From: Lachnospiraceae bacterium
Lineage (GTDB): Bacteria; Bacillota; Clostridia; Lachnospirales; Lachnospiraceae
NCBI GenBank assembly: GCA_045578965.1
Contig: JAZNLG010000140.1
Location: forward strand, 1,105-65,104
Length of the DNA: 64,000 nucleotides
Direction of reading: 5' to 3'
The notes under the pieces are model-generated. The model was not told where the DNA came from, did no database searches, and saw only the letters and a list, made by a program, of their open reading frames with translations. Position 1 is the stretch's first letter; the number at the start of each line of letters is the position of its first letter. The position numbers and the translations under genes were made by a program. Positions 52,352 through 61,896 of the stretch are shown one piece after another.

Positions 52352-53290
52352 TTATAAAAATGCTTTTACCTGCTCATATACACCATCAGCATCCAACTTA
52401 TATTCCTTCATAAGTACTGCTGCAGATGCAGATGTACCGAATTCATCCTGTACGCCGATTTTTAATACGGGTACGGGATTATATCTGCAAATTACATCAC
52501 ATACAGCACTTCCCAAACCGCCGATTACGGAATGTTCTTCTACGGTAACCACCTTGCCGGTCTTCTTCGCACTTGCAATTACAAGTTCTTCATCAATGGG
52601 CTTAATGGTGTGAATGTTGATTACTTCTGCACTTACACCTTCTGCCTCTAACTTCTTAGCAGCTTCCATTGCACTTTCCACCACGATACCGGTAGCAATA
52701 ATGGTAACATCTGTACCTTCTTTTAACACAATGCCTTTGCCCAATTCAAACTTATAATCCGGTCTGTCATTGATTACAGGCACTGCACTTCTACCGAATC
52801 TTAAGAATACGGGGCCCTGATATTCTACTGCTGCTCGAACTGCTGCTTTGGCTTCAATTACATCAGAAGGTACACAAACTACCATCCCGGGAATATTTCT
52901 CATAAGAGAAACATCTTCCAGACACTGATGTGTCGCACCGTCTTCACCTACGGTAATGCCGCCGTGGGTTGCAGCAATCTTTACGTTTAATGCAGGATAT
53001 CCTACAGAGTTACGAATCTGTTCGTAAGCACGTCCTGTTGCAAACATTGCAAATGAACTTGCAAACACTGTCTTACCTGTTGATGCAAGACCCGCTGCCA
53101 TACTTACCATATTTCCTTCCGCAATACCGCAGTCAAAGAAACGTTCCGGAAACTTCTTTCCGAACATAATAGTCTTGGTAGACTCTGCAAGGTCAGCGTC
53201 CATAACTACAATATTATCAAATTCTTCACCGAGTTCAGCAAGCGCTTCACCATATCCCTGTCTTGTAGCAATTCTTTTTACTTCTGACAT
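52352..53290 (-). CDS. transketolase C-terminal subunit
   Basis: DADLAEST, GIAEGNM, GEDGATHQ, EEHSVIGGLG. Confidence 0.93.
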   Translation of the reverse strand: MSEVKRIATRQGYGEALAELGEEFDNIVVMDADLAESTKTIMFGKKFPERFFDCGIAEGNMVSMAAGLASTGKTVFASSFAMFATGRAYEQIRNSVGYPALNVKIAATHGGITVGEDGATHQCLEDVSLMRNIPGMVVCVPSDVIEAKAAVRAAVEYQGPVFLRFGRSAVPVINDRPDYKFELGKGIVLKEGTDVTIIATGIVVESAMEAAKKLEAEGVSAEVINIHTIKPIDEELVIASAKKTGKVVTVEEHSVIGGLGSAVCDVICRYNPVPVLKIGVQDEFGTSASAAVLMKEYKLDADGVYEQVKAFL

Positions 53291-54117
53291 AATTCTTCAC
53301 CTGCTTTCTCTAATTCTGCCATAGCCGCTTCTTTCTGTTCATCGTTAGGCGCAACACCGTGCCAGCCTGCCTGATTCTCCATAAAAGAAACGCCCTTTCC
53401 TTTTATACTCTTACATACAATTACGGTAGGCATACCCTTCACAGTTTTCGCCTCTGCAAATGCAGCGCGAAGGCTGTCAAAATCATGGGCATCCGCATTA
53501 ATTACATGCCAGTTAAACGCTTCAAATTTCTTGTCAATGGGGTAAGGTGAACATACATCTTCAATCTTACCGTCAATCTGCAAACCGTTATTATCTACGA
53601 TTGCAACAAGATTGTCCAACTTCTTGTGGCCTGCGTACATTGCAGCTTCCCAAACCTGGCCTTCTTCAATTTCACCGTCACCGAGAAGTGTGTATACGCG
53701 ATAATCCTTCTTATCAATTCTTGCAGCCAAAGCCATACCTACTGCCGCAGAAATACCCTGTCCCAAAGAACCGGTAGACATATCTACACCGGGAGTCACC
53801 TTCATGTCGGGATGTCCCTGTAAATAAGAATGTAATTTACGAAGTTTTGTCAAATCTTCAAAAGGAAAGAATCCTTTTAAAGCCAAGGCTGCATATAAAC
53901 CGGGCGCAGTGTGACCTTTTGATAAAACAAAACGGTCTCTGTCCGGATTCTTAGGATTTGCAGGATCAATGTTCTGCATTTCCTCAAAATACAAATATGT
54001 GAAAATATCCGCTGCCGACATAGAGCCGCCGGGATGTCCGGCTTTTGCGGCATGGGTAGAAATTATAATACCTTTTCGAACTTCATTGGCGATTTTTTGC
54101 AATTCCAAATTATTCAT
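53278..54117 (-). CDS. transketolase N-terminal subunit
   Basis: GHPGGSMS, DRFVLSKGH, STGSLGQG, GDGE TPP motif. Confidence 0.93.
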   Translation of the reverse strand: MNNLELQKIANEVRKGIIISTHAAKAGHPGGSMSAADIFTYLYFEEMQNIDPANPKNPDRDRFVLSKGHTAPGLYAALALKGFFPFEDLTKLRKLHSYLQGHPDMKVTPGVDMSTGSLGQGISAAVGMALAARIDKKDYRVYTLLGDGEIEEGQVWEAAMYAGHKKLDNLVAIVDNNGLQIDGKIEDVCSPYPIDKKFEAFNWHVINADAHDFDSLRAAFAEAKTVKGMPTVIVCKSIKGKGVSFMENQAGWHGVAPNDEQKEAAMAELEKAGEELCQK

Positions 54118-54251
54118 TTTTGCCTCCGTAAAATGTGTATTGTGCTTTTTAACCGCTAATAGTTTAGCACTTTTTCAAACAAGAAACAACATTTTTACAT
54201 TATTATTTCTTTTTTTTCATATATTTGAAATAAAAAAGAAAGGATACTGAT

Positions 54252-56189
54252 ATGCCAACACCGAAATCTAATACAAATTTACGGCAAAAGATCAGTTCTT
54301 TTTTATATGAATTCCGATTCACTCCTAAGTCCTTGCTTTTGATGGCTTGCGGCTGCGTTCTCTTACTTTTCGCAATTTTAGCATTTTTCCGAACACCTAA
54401 TCATCGCTTTGAGCACTTATGCGATCGCATTTTTGCCGAGGAATTGAGTGAGGACGGATTAAGTCTTCACTATACGCTGGCAAATCCGTCTGCCTATGGT
54501 TTGGACGAAAATCTCTCCACCTTGGCTCCCTATGACAAAACAGAAAGTCTCGGAGATTACCACACGCTTTTATCCCTCATAGAGGAATTACAATCCATCA
54601 AACCGGAATCCCTGAATGCCGGCAATCAACGCACCTATGACATTTTACTCGATTATATGACAGCTGAGGCAGAATCTTATGACTATTTGTATTATGACGA
54701 GCCTCTCTCTCCCACCTCCGGAATGCAAACACAACTTCCGATTCTTCTGGCAGAATATGCTTTTCGTGATAAAAAAGACGTTGATAACTACTTAAATCTT
54801 TTGCAAAGTGTCCCGGGTTATTTTGATGGACTTATCGCCTTCGAAAAAGAAAAAGCCGCAGAAGGTCTTTTTATGTCCAAGGATGCCTGTCTGGATACCA
54901 TCGCCCAGTGTAATCATATTATTACGCAAGATTCTCTGGAAAGCGGCACACATTTTATGCAGACCTCCTTTGCGGAACGTCTGCAACCCCTGATGGAAAA
55001 AGGTCTGATAACGCAGGGCGAAGCGGATGCTTATCTGCAGGCAAACAATCAAATCCTTTTACATACTCTTCTTCCGGCTTATAAAAGTCTTGCCCACAAC
55101 CTGACTATACTGTGCGGCAGCGGCAGTAATGATATGGGACTTTGCTATTTCCCGGACGGTCGGGAATACTATGAAATTCTGGTAGCAAGACAAAGCGGTT
55201 CCTGCAAAACACCCGAAGAACTTATGACAGAATTGCAAACCTCTTTTATGGCAGATTACGGCTCCTTAAGAGAAATCGCCGGCACAATGCAAGGCGATGA
55301 TACTGCTGCCACTTTCTCCTTGGCCGAACCGGATAAAATGCTGGCAGATCTGGAAACTAAAATTTCATCGCAATTCCCGGCATACCCGGGCGTAACAGAC
55401 GAAAACAAACCAATCTGTGATATTAAAAAAGTCAGTCCTTCAATGGAAGATTACTTAAGTCCGGCCTTTTATCTCACACCGCCGCTGGACGATATCCGCG
55501 AAAATGTGATTTACATTAACTACGGCTCCGCACCGGAGAATTTAGAACTCTACACCACCCTGGCCCATGAAGGATATCCCGGCCATTTGTATCAGTCTGT
55601 TTACTCTACTCTGGCCTGGGAAGAGCAGAATATACACCCGGTTCGTCATCTTTTACACTTTGGCGGTTATGTAGAGGGTTATGCCACCTATGCGGAATTT
55701 TACTCCTATGAATATGCCAAAGACTTCGGCGACTCAGACTACTGCCAATTGGTACTTCTCAATCGTAAGTTGCATCTGGCTCTGTACTCCATGCTGGATA
55801 TCTCCATTCACTACTACGGCACCACCTACGTGGAAGCCCATGAAACCTTATGTTCCTTTGGAATTGAAGACCCGCAAACAACAAGGGAAATCTACGACTA
55901 TATCGTAAATTCCCCCGGAAATTATTTGCAATATTATGTTGGTTATTTAGAAATTATGGAATGTCGCGAATTGGCCCGTCTGAAATGGAAAGACAATTAC
56001 TCCGACCGAAATTTCCACGAATTTCTGTTAGATTTTGGCCCCGCTGATTTTGAAACCATCAAAGATGCCATTCGTGAATATAAAGCACCGGATGTGCCCG
56101 CATCACTTTCTTTATCCGCATACGCAAACAACATTCTTATAAAAGATATCTTTTACACGGGAGAGCAAAATCCCGCCTTGCAATGCTGA
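54252..56189 (+). CDS. DUF885 family membrane-anchored protein
   Basis: N-terminal TM; SPAFY, LAHEGYPGHLYQ, EGYATYAE, YYVG motifs. Confidence 0.8.
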   Translation: MPTPKSNTNLRQKISSFLYEFRFTPKSLLLMACGCVLLLFAILAFFRTPNHRFEHLCDRIFAEELSEDGLSLHYTLANPSAYGLDENLSTLAPYDKTESLGDYHTLLSLIEELQSIKPESLNAGNQRTYDILLDYMTAEAESYDYLYYDEPLSPTSGMQTQLPILLAEYAFRDKKDVDNYLNLLQSVPGYFDGLIAFEKEKAAEGLFMSKDACLDTIAQCNHIITQDSLESGTHFMQTSFAERLQPLMEKGLITQGEADAYLQANNQILLHTLLPAYKSLAHNLTILCGSGSNDMGLCYFPDGREYYEILVARQSGSCKTPEELMTELQTSFMADYGSLREIAGTMQGDDTAATFSLAEPDKMLADLETKISSQFPAYPGVTDENKPICDIKKVSPSMEDYLSPAFYLTPPLDDIRENVIYINYGSAPENLELYTTLAHEGYPGHLYQSVYSTLAWEEQNIHPVRHLLHFGGYVEGYATYAEFYSYEYAKDFGDSDYCQLVLLNRKLHLALYSMLDISIHYYGTTYVEAHETLCSFGIEDPQTTREIYDYIVNSPGNYLQYYVGYLEIMECRELARLKWKDNYSDRNFHEFLLDFGPADFETIKDAIREYKAPDVPASLSLSAYANNILIKDIFYTGEQNPALQC

Positions 56190-56201
56190 TACGGTTTCAT
56201 G

Positions 56202-56852
56202 TTACATTTCTTTTACTAATTTAACAATACGGCTGGTTCCAAGACGGTCTGCACCCAGCGCAAGGAATTCTTCCGCGTCGGCGATGGTTTTAATGCCGCC
56301 GGCTGCCTTGATTTGAACGGGAGCACTGATGTGCTTCGCAAAAATACGGATGTCATCGGGCGTTGCACCGGCAGTGGAGAAGCCGGTGGACGTCTTGATG
56401 TAGTCCGCTCCGGATGCCATCACGATTTCACACATTTTAATCTTCTCTTCATCTGTCAAAAGACAGGTTTCAATGATTACCTTCAGAACTTTATCACCGC
56501 ATACCTTTTTAATTGCTTTGATTTCTTCCAGAATCGCATCATAACGCTTGTCCTTCAATGCACCAACACAGATTACCATATCAATTTCATCGGCTCCTTC
56601 CTCAATCGCCAAACGCGCTTCTTCGCATTTAATGGCAGTAGGTACATAACCATTGGGAAAACCGATTACGGTACACACTTTTACCTTGCCCTGCACGTAA
56701 TCTGCTGCCTGTTTTACATAGACAGACGGAATGCAAACAGATGCCGTCTGATATTTGATGCCGTCGTCACAGATTGCTTTGATTTCTTCCCAGGTTGCAG
56801 TCTGGGACAATAACGTATGGTCTACTTTGGATAAAATTTCCTGAATGTTCAT
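56202..56852 (-). CDS. deoC: deoxyribose-phosphate aldolase
   Basis: DHTLL, CTVIGFPNG, KVIIET, IKTSTGF, KAAGGI, RLGTS. Confidence 0.95.
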   Translation of the reverse strand: MNIQEILSKVDHTLLSQTATWEEIKAICDDGIKYQTASVCIPSVYVKQAADYVQGKVKVCTVIGFPNGYVPTAIKCEEARLAIEEGADEIDMVICVGALKDKRYDAILEEIKAIKKVCGDKVLKVIIETCLLTDEEKIKMCEIVMASGADYIKTSTGFSTAGATPDDIRIFAKHISAPVQIKAAGGIKTIADAEEFLALGADRLGTSRIVKLVKEM

Positions 56853-56856
56853 AAAA

Positions 56857-57750
56857 CTACTCCTCTGATTTTACTTTTAAATCCATTTTATCAGAAAGAT
56901 ACGCAATAATAAAGCCTGCCGCGCCAAATAAAATTCCTGCCAACAATTGTAAAATATTATTGTATTCCAGCGGAATGATTACAATGGTAGAAGCCAGCAC
57001 GATGCCGACTACTGCATGGAATGACAGTGAATAAAACTTATCAAACAAATACGTAACCAAACGCGCCAAAAGGACTGCCGTACCAAACATACCAAGTACC
57101 CAGGGAACAATCACTCCCATATCAAAAGCAGCAATGCCGGAATTTAAGTCCTGATAAATTCCCAGCGACATCAGAATGGATGACGATGTCATACCGGGCA
57201 CCACGATACTCAAGCCCCAGAGTACACCGCTAAAAATGTACCAGCCAAAATTAGGCGTTACCTGAATAAATTCACCGTATTGAACGTAAGTAAGCAATGT
57301 GGTTAACGCCGCAAATGCCACAAACATGGATACGAAGGAACCTTTACTTCTGCCATGCTTGCCGGCCTCTTTGTACAATGCCGGAATGGTTCCGATGATT
57401 AATCCGATAAAAAGCCAGGTGGCCATCATCTCTGACTTCGCAAACAAAAATTCAATCACCTTGGCAAAAATCCAGAAGCCAAATACCCAACCAAGGCCTA
57501 CAAAAAGAAACATTCTCCAATTTTTTTTGATTGCGCGAATCGGATGCGAAAACAATTCCATAATAGAGCGGTAAACGCCGAATACCACACAAAGAACACC
57601 GCCGCTGATGCCGGGTAAAATGGCTCCGCCGCCGATAGCGGCACCGCAGATGAAGTTTTTGATGATTGTGACGGGAGACCACGCCTTTTTTTCTTTGGTT
57701 TCCAATTGTTGTTTTTCTGCTTTCAATGGTTTGATACCTTTGCTTATCAT
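56857..57750 (-). CDS. DUF368 family membrane protein (undecaprenyl-phosphate translocase family)
   Basis: duplicated motifs LPGISGG..GVY and VPGMTSS..GIY; FIGLIIGT. Confidence 0.82.
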   Translation of the reverse strand: MISKGIKPLKAEKQQLETKEKKAWSPVTIIKNFICGAAIGGGAILPGISGGVLCVVFGVYRSIMELFSHPIRAIKKNWRMFLFVGLGWVFGFWIFAKVIEFLFAKSEMMATWLFIGLIIGTIPALYKEAGKHGRSKGSFVSMFVAFAALTTLLTYVQYGEFIQVTPNFGWYIFSGVLWGLSIVVPGMTSSSILMSLGIYQDLNSGIAAFDMGVIVPWVLGMFGTAVLLARLVTYLFDKFYSLSFHAVVGIVLASTIVIIPLEYNNILQLLAGILFGAAGFIIAYLSDKMDLKVKSEE

Positions 57751-57919
57751 TTTTATTTTATACTTCTTTTTGCACAGTTATCTCTACTACATTATTTTAT
57801 AAAATAACATAGCGGAAATATGTGGTTTTTTCAATTCTTTTTTATACTGAAAATGTGATATTTTCGTGTTTTCTTTATGTATTTTATAAATATGTTTTAA
57901 CACTCACTATTATTTTATG

Positions 57920-57951
57920 AAAAAAACCGGACTTTTAGAAGCCCGGTTTTT
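57920..57951 (-). terminator. terminator after XRE membrane gene
   Basis: AAAAAACCGG...CCGGTTTTT. Confidence 0.75.
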
Positions 57952-57984
57952 ACTTTCTTTACTGTATATTATATTTAATGATCC

Positions 57985-58965
57985 TTACTCACCCTTCTTG
58001 CGCTCCGTATAATTAATGATACATGCGATCACACCATAAAACACACCTGTCACGGGCCAGATAATCCAGGTATAGCCCCATGCGCCGGTGATAAAACTGA
58101 TTGCCAGGTAAATTGCAGTAACGGTACACCAATAGATGCCTCCAATTAATTCATGCTTCTCGAAATTTCTTTTATGGTTCGGATCATAATCACCGGTCTG
58201 AAGCAACTGTGCATAAGCGTCCGCTTCATTCCCCCATCTTGTGAACAAAAATACCGCAATTGCTACCAATGCCAGCAAAACATCCACTGCAATAATCGTA
58301 GCAAGTGCTTCTCCGGTAAGCGTCGCTGTCACCACAAGCACTGCTGCACCGAGAATACACAAACCAACGCCGATTGCTCTTGTAAGTGTAAGCATGGGAC
58401 GCTGTTTCTTCATTCTGCTCTCAACAATTCCCGCAACGCCGTAATCCAACACAAAACTTTCCTTCTGAAGCCACTCATAGTCAGACATCATACTGCCGTT
58501 AAAGATAAACAATACTACCGCTACGATGACCATGCAAAGCAGCACTCCCAAACCGATCGCTGCGGCTACGTTTCCTTTTATAAAACCAAATTCTTCCAAA
58601 CCACTCATAAGAATAAGTACAATGGGCGATAACACACAGATGCTTGCGCCGATTGCCACCTTAAGTGCCGACTTACATTTTGCATCCATAAATTCGTTGG
58701 CAAATTCTGCTGAAATATGTTTTACATTTAAAGGTTCATATACATCCTGTTTTAATTCAGGTTCTTCAATTTCTTCTTTTAATAAGTAATCAGTGGACAC
58801 TCCGAACACCTGGCACAGTTTCAATATTTTATCCAAATCGGGAACCGACTGTGCGCCCTCCCACTTTGAAATGGACTGTCTGGATACATTCATCTTCTCT
58901 GCCAGTTCTTCCTGTGACCATCCGCACTTCTTTCTCAAATAGATAATTTTGTCTGCTAAAATCAT
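57985..58965 (-). CDS. XRE-family HTH regulator with C-terminal TM helices
   Basis: LRKKCGWSQEELAEKMNVSRQSISKWE; about 6 hydrophobic segments; ATG 58965 after GGAGG. Confidence 0.88.
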   Translation of the reverse strand: MILADKIIYLRKKCGWSQEELAEKMNVSRQSISKWEGAQSVPDLDKILKLCQVFGVSTDYLLKEEIEEPELKQDVYEPLNVKHISAEFANEFMDAKCKSALKVAIGASICVLSPIVLILMSGLEEFGFIKGNVAAAIGLGVLLCMVIVAVVLFIFNGSMMSDYEWLQKESFVLDYGVAGIVESRMKKQRPMLTLTRAIGVGLCILGAAVLVVTATLTGEALATIIAVDVLLALVAIAVFLFTRWGNEADAYAQLLQTGDYDPNHKRNFEKHELIGGIYWCTVTAIYLAISFITGAWGYTWIIWPVTGVFYGVIACIINYTERKKGE

Positions 58966-59252
58966 TTTTCTTCCTCCTTGGGGTTGTAAATTATGAGATG
59001 CTGTTTTTCTCGAATGCTGCAAATTCATTTCCTGCATTTTCGTTTTCGCACCTCGTTTGTTGTTACCCCAATCTTATCTTTTCGGTCGGTTGCATTCCAT
59101 CAAGCCGACTTGTAAATTTGTCAACAGGTAGTTGCAAATGCCTGATTTTAGGTACTTTTGGTCGCAACCGGATTAAAATCATAATAAAATATCATTGTTA
59201 TTTTTTCAAGGCTATCCTTCCGGATTCTTATGCCATGAATTTTGCCGCCTTT

Positions 59253-59783
59253 TTACCCGCACATCCACAATGCGATAGCTACACTTGCTGCCACACCGGA
59301 CGCCGTGGCAATCAATGCCCCTGTCAACGTATAACGGGTCTTGGTGATTTTAACCACCATAAAATACACGCTCATCGTATAAAAAACCGTCTCCGTGGAA
59401 GACATAGACAGGGACACCAAAGTGCCTATGTACGAGTCCGTGCCGTAGGTTTTAAACAAATCCAATGCAAGACCCGTAGCCGCTGAAGACGAAAACATTT
59501 TAATCAATATAAAAGGAACCACCTCAGCCGGCAATGCAAGATATTTTACAACCGGCGTCAGAATCCATGATAAAAAATCAAAAAAACCGGATGCACGTAG
59601 CACGCCTACCGCCACCATCAAACCGATTAACGTCGGCATAATTTTAATTACGGTTTGAAAACCATTTTCCGCACCTTTGATAAAAAGAGCATACACATCC
59701 AGTTTGCGCCCTAATCCGATAGTTACAATCAGCAAAATAACAACCGGAAGAATCATATTGGAAATCATAACGAGAGTGCTCAT
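59253..59783 (-). CDS. spmB: spore maturation protein B
   Basis: FIKGAENG, GVLRASG, SSTETVFYT..YF, TRY; ATGA overlap with spmA. Confidence 0.88.
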   Translation of the reverse strand: MSTLVMISNMILPVVILLIVTIGLGRKLDVYALFIKGAENGFQTVIKIMPTLIGLMVAVGVLRASGFFDFLSWILTPVVKYLALPAEVVPFILIKMFSSSAATGLALDLFKTYGTDSYIGTLVSLSMSSTETVFYTMSVYFMVVKITKTRYTLTGALIATASGVAASVAIALWMCG

Positions 59784-60391
59784 TTTACCACCCTCCTCTG
59801 CTCTTTTGCACAACGGTTCACAATGCAGATAAACACGATTGCCACTATCGTGGAAAACAACGTCGCGAGGATGGCCGGCGCAATGATTCCCGCCGGATTC
59901 TCGGAACCGTAACTGCTTCGATATGCAATCAAATTCACAGGAATTAACTGCAAAGAAGATATATTTAAAATCAAAAAGTTACACATGTCATTGGTGGCAA
60001 TTCCCGGCACTAAACCCCGTTGCTCCCGCAATCCGTCCAGTTCCTTCATTGCATTTAAACCTGCCGGCGTCGCTGCCCATCCCAGTCCCAGAACATTGGC
60101 AATCACATTCAGAGAAATAAATTCTTCCGCCTTACTTCCTTTGGGTACGTTGGGAAACAGGAAGCGCAATGCCGGACCAATCCACTTGGACAGCCGCTCT
60201 ACAATCCCTGCTTCCTTGGCAATCTCCATTAATCCTACCCACATAGACATCACGCCCATCATGGTAATGCATAAGGTGACCGCATCCTGGGCGGATTGAA
60301 TTGCTGCATCGGTGACCGACTCCAAATTCCCCGTAAAAGCGGCATAAATAATCCCTATGACAATCATACCGCCCCACAAATAACTCATCAT
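59780..60391 (-). CDS. spmA: spore maturation protein A
   Basis: ANVLGLGWAATPAGL.AM, NISSLQLIP, R..YGS.NP. Confidence 0.9.
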   Translation of the reverse strand: MMSYLWGGMIVIGIIYAAFTGNLESVTDAAIQSAQDAVTLCITMMGVMSMWVGLMEIAKEAGIVERLSKWIGPALRFLFPNVPKGSKAEEFISLNVIANVLGLGWAATPAGLNAMKELDGLREQRGLVPGIATNDMCNFLILNISSLQLIPVNLIAYRSSYGSENPAGIIAPAILATLFSTIVAIVFICIVNRCAKEQRRVVK

Positions 60392-60482
60392 AAAAAGTCC
60401 TCTCGGGCATACTGCACCCTTGTTTTTTATAAAATGTATTTGCGACAGCGGTTGTCATATTCGCAGAATGATTATATTTAAG

Positions 60483-60507
60483 AAAAAAGGGTGCTGATGC
60501 ACCCTTT
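60483..60507 (-). terminator. terminator after 54-aa ORF
   Basis: minus strand AAAGGGTGCA-tca-GCACCCTTTTTT. Confidence 0.8.
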
Positions 60508-60514
60508 CATTGTT

Positions 60515-60679
60515 TTAAAACTTCAATTTTTCATTAATTTTCTTAATTTGCTTTTCTGCTTTAGCAATCGTTTTTTCATTCTTTTCTTCTTTTGCCAGTT
60601 CCAAAACCTCTTCCCAGTCTTCCAGTTCGTCAAGCAAGAAGCCTTTGTACTGTTCGTTAGTCATTCCCGTTTCTTCCAT
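60515..60679 (-). CDS. 54-aa charged helical protein (absent from ORF track)
   Basis: MEETGMTNEQYKGFLLDELEDWEEVLELAKEEKNEKTIAKAEKQIKKINEKLKF; SD GAGGGGG; own promoter and terminator. Confidence 0.75.
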   Translation of the reverse strand: MEETGMTNEQYKGFLLDELEDWEEVLELAKEEKNEKTIAKAEKQIKKINEKLKF

Positions 60680-60682
60680 TCC

Positions 60683-60757
60683 CTACACCCCCTCATTAGG
60701 GATATTGTAGGTTTTTACCCCCTTTCTGTCAAGTTTCGCTTCTCTCAGAACGGTCAT
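60683..60757 (-). CDS. possible 24-aa peptide
   Basis: MTVLREAKLDRKGVKTYNIPNEGV preceded by AAGGAGGG; may be a gene remnant. Confidence 0.35.
   Translation of the reverse strand: MTVLREAKLDRKGVKTYNIPNEGV
60704..60732 (-). promoter_or_regulatory. near-consensus sigmaA promoter for 54-aa ORF
   Basis: TTGACA-17 nt-TACAAT. Confidence 0.75.
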
Positions 60758-60822
60758 AACATCCCTCCTTATCTTTTGTATTTTGATGCATTAATGTATT
60801 GGTTGTTGTCCCTCTCTTTTCA

Positions 60823-61410
60823 CTACCTATTGATGTATGTGGATTTCCCCCGCCTGCTTCTTGCATATTCTCTCTGGCTGGCTTCCATATCGTTCTGTTG
60901 TATACGCTGATACTCTTTGGCATATACGGAATTATGTTTTACACGGCGTACTTCATCGTTAATCATCTTCGTTAAATTGCTTCTTTTGTCTTCGATATTA
61001 AGAATATAGGCCGCAAGCGCCTGCCATTCTGCATCCTTTGTATTCCCTATCGTTTCCTGCGTCACGCAGACAAAAATCCGATGTGTCCCCTCCTGTAGCT
61101 CTAACGCCGGCACACCGCGGCACTGCTCCGCAAAATGGTAAATACCTTTTCCTTGGCCGAAAATATCCTCCTTGAGAATATACAGTTCTACCTTCCAGGT
61201 ACTCTTTAAAATATTTGCAATATGTACGGTTAATTTAATCCCCCTGACGCTTTCCGTGTATTCCACAATGTTATTTTTTTCGCTTGTAACTTTATATATT
61301 TTAGTGTTTGTAACTTTCTCCAGAAACTTCTTTGCCACCCTTTCGTTTCGCATTACTTTGGACAACAAAAAAGCATCACAGATAGTCAAATCCGCAAATT
61401 TCCCATTCAT
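60823..61410 (-). CDS. degenerate Rpn / PD-(D/E)XK nuclease-family transposase-like protein
   Basis: 'DLTICDAFLLSKVM...KFLE' start and 'DIFGQGKGIYHF..C...L.EGTHRIF' resemble Rpn; RLDV and EMQ appear as KLTV and ELY; central segment missing. Confidence 0.6.
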   Translation of the reverse strand: MNGKFADLTICDAFLLSKVMRNERVAKKFLEKVTNTKIYKVTSEKNNIVEYTESVRGIKLTVHIANILKSTWKVELYILKEDIFGQGKGIYHFAEQCRGVPALELQEGTHRIFVCVTQETIGNTKDAEWQALAAYILNIEDKRSNLTKMINDEVRRVKHNSVYAKEYQRIQQNDMEASQREYARSRRGKSTYINR

Positions 61411-61856
61411 AACATACTACTCCTGTTCTTTTTTATAACTGATTTTGCTTCGTTCGTCCGATACGCACTCTGCGTGTTTAAGACCGCCATTATATGTCTG
61501 TAGATAAGAAACAGATAGGTCTGCAAAGACAAGTAAACTGCTTATATTTTATCAACAGTTTTATAATCTGCCTATGTGCAAAATGACGAATTTAGGTGAT
61601 GCCATAAAACAACGATCTTACTGTAGTTATTTCATTCCTTTGTTGAAAATTTGGTCGATTCGACTGTGAATACAGTTTCTTTCTGTAGTAGATTGTGACA
61701 GCAGAATTCTGCCACCCGAAATGATTTTACCATTTTCGTCAGATTTCGACAAGAAAAAGTCATCGCACAATTCGACAATAAACGGTTCCGCTAATATTAA
61801 CAGCGTCTGTACGGATATTGGAATATCGCCCCTCCGCAAGACTTTTTATAGCATAC

Positions 61857-61885
61857 AAAAACCCCGCCACTTTATGTGACGGGGT
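61857..61885 (-). terminator. terminator after GH18 gene
   Basis: minus strand ACCCCGTCAC-ataaa-GTGGCGGGGTTTTT. Confidence 0.8.
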
Positions 61886-61896
61886 ACAACAAGTTT

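Noticed and set aside
52352-54117. split transketolase as a pseudogene
   Set aside because: Two-subunit transketolases are normal in clostridia and both ORFs are intact
61627-61839. 70-aa minus-strand ORF in the intergenic region
   Set aside because: Non-ATG start, no SD and no recognisable motif
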